64,000 bases of DNA from an uncultured candidate division Zixibacteria bacterium (GTDB taxonomy: Bacteria; Zixibacteria; MSB-5A5; GN15; PGXB01). A program made the translations under genes and the position numbers. Location: NCBI GenBank assembly GCA_963702205.1, contig OY969724.1, positions 2,400,001-2,464,000 of the forward strand, in the 5' to 3' direction. Positions 58,944 to 64,000 of the stretch are shown here, in pieces; position 1 is the stretch's first letter; each line of letters starts with the position of its first letter. The notes below the pieces were generated by a model, which saw nothing but the letters and a program-made list of their open reading frames with translations, made no database searches and had not been told where the DNA came from.

Positions 58944-59660
58944 ATGCCACAACGAAAAATTCTAACGGCAATATTTTCGTATAATGAAGGCGAAAAACTG
59001 AAGAAGCTGGTTGAGTCATTTCCCGAGGACAGACCTTATGATGTTTTGTTTGTCGATGACGGATCAACCGACGGAAGTTTGGAGTTTTTACAATCCAGAG
59101 ATTATTTCCTGATCCGGCATGAAATCAATAAAGGCATCGGGGCGGGAATACGAGAGGCTGTCGAGTTCGGTCGGGACAAGAATTATGAGATAATCGTCAT
59201 AATGGCGGCCAATGGAAAGATGCTGCCGGAAGAGATCGACCGTCTGGTGGAACCGATTTTGGGTGAGAATTATGATTATATACAGGGGTCACGTTATCTG
59301 GAAGGTGGGAGCTCGCCCAATTTGCCGCTGTTCCGCAAGGTCATGATCGGGTTGTTCACCAAAATGGTTAATGTGGCTACCGGATTCAAGGGGACGGATG
59401 TCACGTGCGGGTTCAGAGCGTACCGGCTGTCTCTGTTCGACGATCCCAGGTTTAAAATAGACCAAGGCTGGTTGGACAAGTACGAAATGGAATATTACAT
59501 ACACTATCACGTGCTTAAAGGCGGATATCGCATTAAAGAAGTTCCGGTGTCGATGGTATATCCATCGGAGAAGAAGAATTACAGCAAAATAAAACCGCTG
59601 ACGGGGTGGTGGTCGATGGTGCGGCCGTGGTTGTATCTTATTTTTAAAATTCGTCGATAG
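58944..59660 (+). CDS. GT2, polyprenol-phosphate sugar synthase-like
   Basis: YNE, VDDGSTD, QGSRY, TDVTCGFRAY; paralogue of 53317..54042. Confidence 0.88.
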   Translation: MPQRKILTAIFSYNEGEKLKKLVESFPEDRPYDVLFVDDGSTDGSLEFLQSRDYFLIRHEINKGIGAGIREAVEFGRDKNYEIIVIMAANGKMLPEEIDRLVEPILGENYDYIQGSRYLEGGSSPNLPLFRKVMIGLFTKMVNVATGFKGTDVTCGFRAYRLSLFDDPRFKIDQGWLDKYEMEYYIHYHVLKGGYRIKEVPVSMVYPSEKKNYSKIKPLTGWWSMVRPWLYLIFKIRR

Positions 59661-59756
59661 CTGGAACAAAATATCTCTTCGGACGTACCAGATTATGAAG
59701 TAGTCCGGAGGAAGTATCCCGCATTCAATCAGGTAACTCGCGGGATACCGGAGTAT

Positions 59757-59792
59757 AAGACCCGGTTCAGGGATGAGCCGGGTTTTAATTTT
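59757..59792 (+). terminator. Intrinsic terminator
   Basis: AAGACCCGGTTCA-GGGA-TGAGCCGGGTTTT followed by AATTTT. Confidence 0.75.
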
Positions 59793-59852
59793 GAGTAATA
59801 TTGTTTTGGTTGACAGTTTGTTATGACGTTCTATTTTGTCGACTGAGACGAT

Positions 59853-60374
59853 ATGTTAAAGAATATCATAAAAATCCTGGCTATTGTAGTTCTTACCGGC
59901 GGTATCGTGGCGATATCAGTGATGAAATCGTCCATTTCGGCCAAACGCCAGACGGTTGAGATCGAAAAGATGAAAGAGCGGTTTTACGCCTATCGCGACA
60001 GTGTCTTTTTGCGGCAGCTCGATGACTCGACCCGTCATTACGTGGATTCTATTTTGAAAGTGGAGATATTCTACGGGCATCAGTTGGACAGCCTGAACGG
60101 CTATTACGATTCCCTTTTGAAAGCCCAGCAAGCGGCGCAAAAGAAGCAGCCGGAGCAGGCGTCGACAAAACCCGCGCCTCGCAAAACGGTCAAAAAACCG
60201 GCGGCCAAGGACCCGACCGCAGAGGCGATAAAGTATAACTACAGAAAAATGCTCAAGGGGCTTCCGGCCGATCTAACTCCTTATGAAAAAAGAGTTTCGG
60301 TTAAAGAAATAGTCGTTACATTATCCCGGCAATTCAAAGTTTCACCGGATTCGGTCAGTCGAATAATTGACTGA
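59853..60374 (+). CDS. Hypothetical membrane-anchored protein
   Basis: N-terminal TM helix; Pro/Lys/Ala linker; upstream TTGACA-N16-TATTTT. Confidence 0.7.
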   Translation: MLKNIIKILAIVVLTGGIVAISVMKSSISAKRQTVEIEKMKERFYAYRDSVFLRQLDDSTRHYVDSILKVEIFYGHQLDSLNGYYDSLLKAQQAAQKKQPEQASTKPAPRKTVKKPAAKDPTAEAIKYNYRKMLKGLPADLTPYEKRVSVKEIVVTLSRQFKVSPDSVSRIID

Positions 60375-60454
60375 TTTGACGCATTTCCTGCCTGTCCTGT
60401 TCACGATTAGCCCTTTGGAGTATTCGCAAATATTGCGTTGTGGCCTCTTTTGTC

Positions 60455-60483
60455 TTGACTTGGGCCAAGTTACAAAGTAAACT
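60455..60483 (+). promoter_or_regulatory. sigma70 promoter
   Basis: TTGACT-N17-TAAACT. Confidence 0.65.
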
Positions 60484-60731
60484 TACTACAGCAAAATATG
60501 CGACAACTTCGAGTTACTCGCTTCTTTTCGGCTGCTTATCCCGGTGGGGGGAAAATGAGGAGTCAGCCGTAAGATTACCATCCGCCGCCTCATATGATTC
60601 GTATCATGTATGAGGATTTTTGAGCCTCACAGGTATTCAAGAATCGCAAAGGAGGTGGTGCTAAATTTCATAATTCCAACCCCAACTTACCGTCAAACAT
60701 GCCTCACGTAATCAGGTTAAGGGGAGACGTT

Positions 60732-60920
60732 ATGCCTGCGAGAAAAGAGAAAGAGAAATTTGCAAAAGCAGCCGTTAAGGATTGCTGGCATCCGTACGGT
60801 CTGCAGGGATTGGCACCCGAGAAATTTGCGCATATCACCACCATGATTCTCAGCGGAAAGCATATTCTTCTGGGGGTCAGATATACGAAGTCGTCGGGCG
60901 CCGCCGTTTCGGTTCAATAG
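60732..60920 (+). CDS. Small hypothetical protein (62 aa)
   Basis: AAGGGGAG RBS before ATG; no recognised family. Confidence 0.4.
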   Translation: MPARKEKEKFAKAAVKDCWHPYGLQGLAPEKFAHITTMILSGKHILLGVRYTKSSGAAVSVQ

Positions 60921-61103
60921 TTCGTTTGCAGTTTTTGATAAGTATTCGTTCGAGTAAGTTTTGTACCACAGTCGTGTATCTTAACGGCTGTGGTATTTTA
61001 AATTAAATTTAAAATTGACAAATTCCGGTATGTCCAACATATTTGCCGCCAATAAAATGTGTTTTTTTGAACCAAACGGGATACCCGGGGTTAAAACATC
61101 GTA

Positions 61104-61607
61104 ATGAATGGTCGCCTCACACAAGCTTTGGTTCTGGTCGTAATCGCCGTCGTGCTGGCTTTTGCGACCAATGCCGCGCGGCAGGAAAATCTCGCTATGG
61201 TCGGCAACTGGCCGTCGATCTCGGGCTCCGATTCTATCATAGTGCCGCCGTCGGCTGAAGAAGGCGATCCCCCGTTTATTTCTCTGGATGAGGCCGCCGC
61301 TAAATTCCAAACACCAGAAGTCATATTTGTCGATGCCCGATACCCTGAGGACTTCGCCGAGGGGCATATTCGCGGGGCCATCAACCTTCCATACGATGAG
61401 ATCGATCAATATTGGGATAAAGTCGCGCCCACGATTCCCAGGGACCGGCCGGTGGTTATATACTGCTCCGGGGAGGAATGTGAGCTATCTTTGATGCTGG
61501 CAAGAGAAATGGTGGCCAAGGGTTGGAAAGATATATATGTGTTTTTCGGCGGCTGGCGTGAATGGGAGAAATCCAAATTGCCGACCGAAGGTGGAGAGTT
61601 GGAATGA
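61104..61607 (+). CDS. Membrane-anchored/secreted rhodanese-like protein
   Basis: VDAR...EGHIRGAINLP, YCSGEEC loop, GGWREW; upstream TTGACA-N17-CATATT. Confidence 0.88.
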   Translation: MNGRLTQALVLVVIAVVLAFATNAARQENLAMVGNWPSISGSDSIIVPPSAEEGDPPFISLDEAAAKFQTPEVIFVDARYPEDFAEGHIRGAINLPYDEIDQYWDKVAPTIPRDRPVVIYCSGEECELSLMLAREMVAKGWKDIYVFFGGWREWEKSKLPTEGGELE

Positions 61608-62065
61608 GCGGTCGTCAATCAATATGGCACAACGATTATATCAATCTTATAATAAGACTGTTTATCGGGGTAGTTTTTGTTTATGCCTCGATAGACAAGA
61701 TCGCCGATCCGGGGCAGTTCGCCAGAATCGTGTATAACTATCATTTAGTGCCGGGGGCGCTGATCAATGTTTTTGCTTTGATTCTTCCGTGGGTGGAAAT
61801 GCTTTGCGGCATAAGTCTGATTCTCGGTATTTATAAAGAAGGCAGCGTGTTGCTTTTGAATCTACTTGTACTGGTTTTCCTGATTGGAATAACGGTCAAT
61901 CTGTTCCGGGGTGTAAATCTGGAGTGCGGGTGTTTTACGGTTAGTTCCAAGGCGCAGGAAAGCACTCTTGGACTTCTGTTCCGGGACCTTGGGCTTTTGG
62001 TTCTTACGGTTTATTTGTTTTTCAGCAGGTCGAAACGGTTCGATCTTATCGGTCGCCGGGCTTAA
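61604..62065 (+). CDS. MauE/DoxX family membrane protein
   Basis: FVYASIDKIADP, LPWVE, ECGCF, RDL. Confidence 0.88.
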   Translation: MSGRQSIWHNDYINLIIRLFIGVVFVYASIDKIADPGQFARIVYNYHLVPGALINVFALILPWVEMLCGISLILGIYKEGSVLLLNLLVLVFLIGITVNLFRGVNLECGCFTVSSKAQESTLGLLFRDLGLLVLTVYLFFSRSKRFDLIGRRA

Positions 62066-63345
62066 TCTTTCAAAATTGTCGGCGTAATCATTATCAATAA
62101 ATCGGTCGAGTTTTTCTCTTTAGACGAATGCCGGAATAGGTTTCCCAAAATCGGGATCGATCCGAGGAAGGCGACTTTCTTGACGGTTTCGATTTCGTTC
62201 TCTTTCAACAAACCACCGAGGACGGCCGTCTCGCCGTCTTTGACCCTGACCATCGCGGTGACCGCTCTTTCGGACGTGATCGGCTTCTGATTTTCGACCG
62301 GTCCGGAATAGCCGATGATTTCGGCAATGACAGGGTTCACGTCGAGCAGGACGCTGCCGTCTTTGGAAATATGAGGGACGACCTTGAGAGTAATGCCGAC
62401 TTCTTCGTCCTGAAAAGTGACGATGTCCTGGGTTGCTCCGGCTTCGCTGAACCGGTTGATGGTCTGAATCGGGATGACCGTAGTCACTTTGATTTCGGCT
62501 TCATGGTTGTTGAGGGCGGTGATGCGGGGGTCCGAGACCAGTTTGGAATTGCCGTTTTGCTGGAGAAAATCGAGGACCATGCTGACCTCGTCGATCGACA
62601 GCGAGCCCCATTCCCAGCTGTTGTCGCCGACGTCGCGGCGTCCGAGGGATTTTATTTCGGAAGTGGTCCCGGTGGCGCCGTCGGTGCTTGAGCTCTGCAG
62701 GTCCCCAAAGCGAGCGGTCAGTGAGGTTGGCCAGTTGATGCCCACCACGTTTTCGTCGGATATATTGGTTTCGATTATTTTCACGTGGATCGAAATCTGT
62801 GCTTCGGGCATGTCGATGCTTTTAATATAGTCAACGACCTTTTGTGCGACTTCGGGCAGGTCGATCACGGACAGGCGGGTGGGAGTGCTTTGGACGTATT
62901 GTATGCCGCTGTTTCCGGATTCTTCGATGATGACTATTTTGCCCTTGGGCGACAGGAGTTCCTGAGCCGCATTTATGGCGGCCGAGGGAGATATATTGTC
63001 GAGCTCGACCGTCATGGAGACCGTTTCCCCGATAATGTCCTGTTCAAACGGCTTGACGATAATAATATCGCCCTTTTGATAGTAATTGTATCCGTTGGCA
63101 AGCAAGATGGCGTCGAGGGCGTCCTTGACCGTCACGTTATCCAGACGCAATGAGATGTTGGCGTTGGCTTCACCTGAAATAACGATATCGAGGCCGTGCT
63201 CTTCGGCGATCATCGACAGTACGGTAGCGATCGGGAGTTGATCGATGTTTAAAGTTGTCGTATCAGACATGGCCGCCGGATCGGCCGCGGCTTTCAGGCC
63301 GGGCATTAATAGTACTATCGCGATAAAGAATATATACTTTCTCAT
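62062..63345 (-). CDS. Secretin (PilQ/GspD family)
   Basis: SDPRITALNNHEA, VGITLKVVPHI, VKDGETAVLGGL, LGSIPILGNLF, ITPTI. Confidence 0.92.
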   Translation of the reverse strand: MRKYIFFIAIVLLMPGLKAAADPAAMSDTTTLNIDQLPIATVLSMIAEEHGLDIVISGEANANISLRLDNVTVKDALDAILLANGYNYYQKGDIIIVKPFEQDIIGETVSMTVELDNISPSAAINAAQELLSPKGKIVIIEESGNSGIQYVQSTPTRLSVIDLPEVAQKVVDYIKSIDMPEAQISIHVKIIETNISDENVVGINWPTSLTARFGDLQSSSTDGATGTTSEIKSLGRRDVGDNSWEWGSLSIDEVSMVLDFLQQNGNSKLVSDPRITALNNHEAEIKVTTVIPIQTINRFSEAGATQDIVTFQDEEVGITLKVVPHISKDGSVLLDVNPVIAEIIGYSGPVENQKPITSERAVTAMVRVKDGETAVLGGLLKENEIETVKKVAFLGSIPILGNLFRHSSKEKNSTDLLIMITPTILKD

Positions 63346-63794
63346 GTTTCACCCTTGGTAATTTGTATCGAAAACTCGGAACCGTCTTGTTCCATGATAA
63401 CTTCGTTTTTCTTAATGTCGACGACCCGAGCGCCGGCGACTTTATCTCCAACATGAACTATATTCTTGTTTATTACCGCGACGGTTGTTTTGGTGTTGAT
63501 AATGACGCCGTTTAAGGTCCATTGAGGAGCCGGTGTGTCCGACTGACCGGTTCTGTTGTCCACTTCCGCATAAAAACGGCAAAACGGGTCGCTTCCCCAG
63601 GGCAGGGAACTGTAGTATGCGATGTCAATGGCCTGCTTCACGCTCGCGGGAATTTTCTGAGCGACCGGAGCGGGGTTGTCTAAAGACGAATCGGTTTGTT
63701 CTTTATCCTTGCGGCCGGGAATGTTCGCGATGCCATAGATGACAGCGGCGACCAGCAAAGCATATATGATTATTTTGCGTTTGGCTTGGTTCAT
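63342..63794 (-). CDS. PilP/GspB-like assembly protein
   Basis: N-terminal TM, DPF motif, LNGV...AVIN..IVHVGD.V.GARV. Confidence 0.6.
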   Translation of the reverse strand: MNQAKRKIIIYALLVAAVIYGIANIPGRKDKEQTDSSLDNPAPVAQKIPASVKQAIDIAYYSSLPWGSDPFCRFYAEVDNRTGQSDTPAPQWTLNGVIINTKTTVAVINKNIVHVGDKVAGARVVDIKKNEVIMEQDGSEFSIQITKGET

Positions 63795-64000
63795 CAGCTT
63801 CCCTTTATGGTCCCCAGGACGGCCTTGAAGCCGTACTGCACGTCAGACGTGCGACTGTCATTGAGATGGTTAAATATCCGACAGAAGGTGAGGCCTTTGT
63901 AAAAGTTCTCGGCCTCGATTTTTTTGATCAGTTGTCCGACCTCGAAAATGGTGCCGTCGAGTTTCAATCCTATCTCAAGCACCTGCGGCCGGTTGTCATC
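63794..64000 (-). CDS. PilO/GspM-like protein, C-terminal part (5' end outside window)
   Basis: Frame open to the window edge; LKLDGTIFEVGQLIKKIE pattern; directly upstream of PilP-like and secretin genes. Confidence 0.5.
   Translation of the reverse strand, partial: DDNRPQVLEIGLKLDGTIFEVGQLIKKIEAENFYKGLTFCRIFNHLNDSRTSDVQYGFKAVLGTIKGS

Overview
Bacterial chromosome segment. A cohesin/dockerin protein with a T9SS-type C-terminal sorting domain, together with flagella, suggests an FCB-group lineage such as Ca. Zixibacteria (inference only). In order, the window holds: the end of a flagellar locus (flagellin 3' end, fliD, fliS, chaperone-like, FlgM-like, HDOD); housekeeping genes (PhzF-like, queA, ispD, ispF, dedA, ddl, HAD, cysS); tRNA-Thr and tRNA-Tyr; a large secreted cohesin-dockerin protein; and an EF-G paralogue. 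An accessory region follows (about 18.5-24.5 kb). It has an AT-rich island (uncharacterised 'STGPRT' protein, methyltransferase-nuclease fusion, HEPN-like protein) with two kinds of inverted motif at its ends, then a mosaic array of REP-like palindromes with two cupin genes embedded in it. After that come an OM beta-barrel, a sigma54 activator and secreted proteins; the CIRCE-controlled hrcA-grpE-dnaK-dnaJ-prmA-rsmE operon; pilD, a sensor kinase, efp and a short RNase HIII; a second REP cluster; the FMN-riboswitch rib operon with nusB; a lipid-linked glycosylation cluster with two GT-C enzymes; two unexplained structured RNA candidates; a rhodanese/MauE pair; and the end of a type IV pilus/T2SS secretin operon. 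The best candidate for an undescribed system is the island bounded by inverted motifs, with its adjacent REP-delimited gene cassettes. All calls come from reading motifs by eye; no database searches were run.
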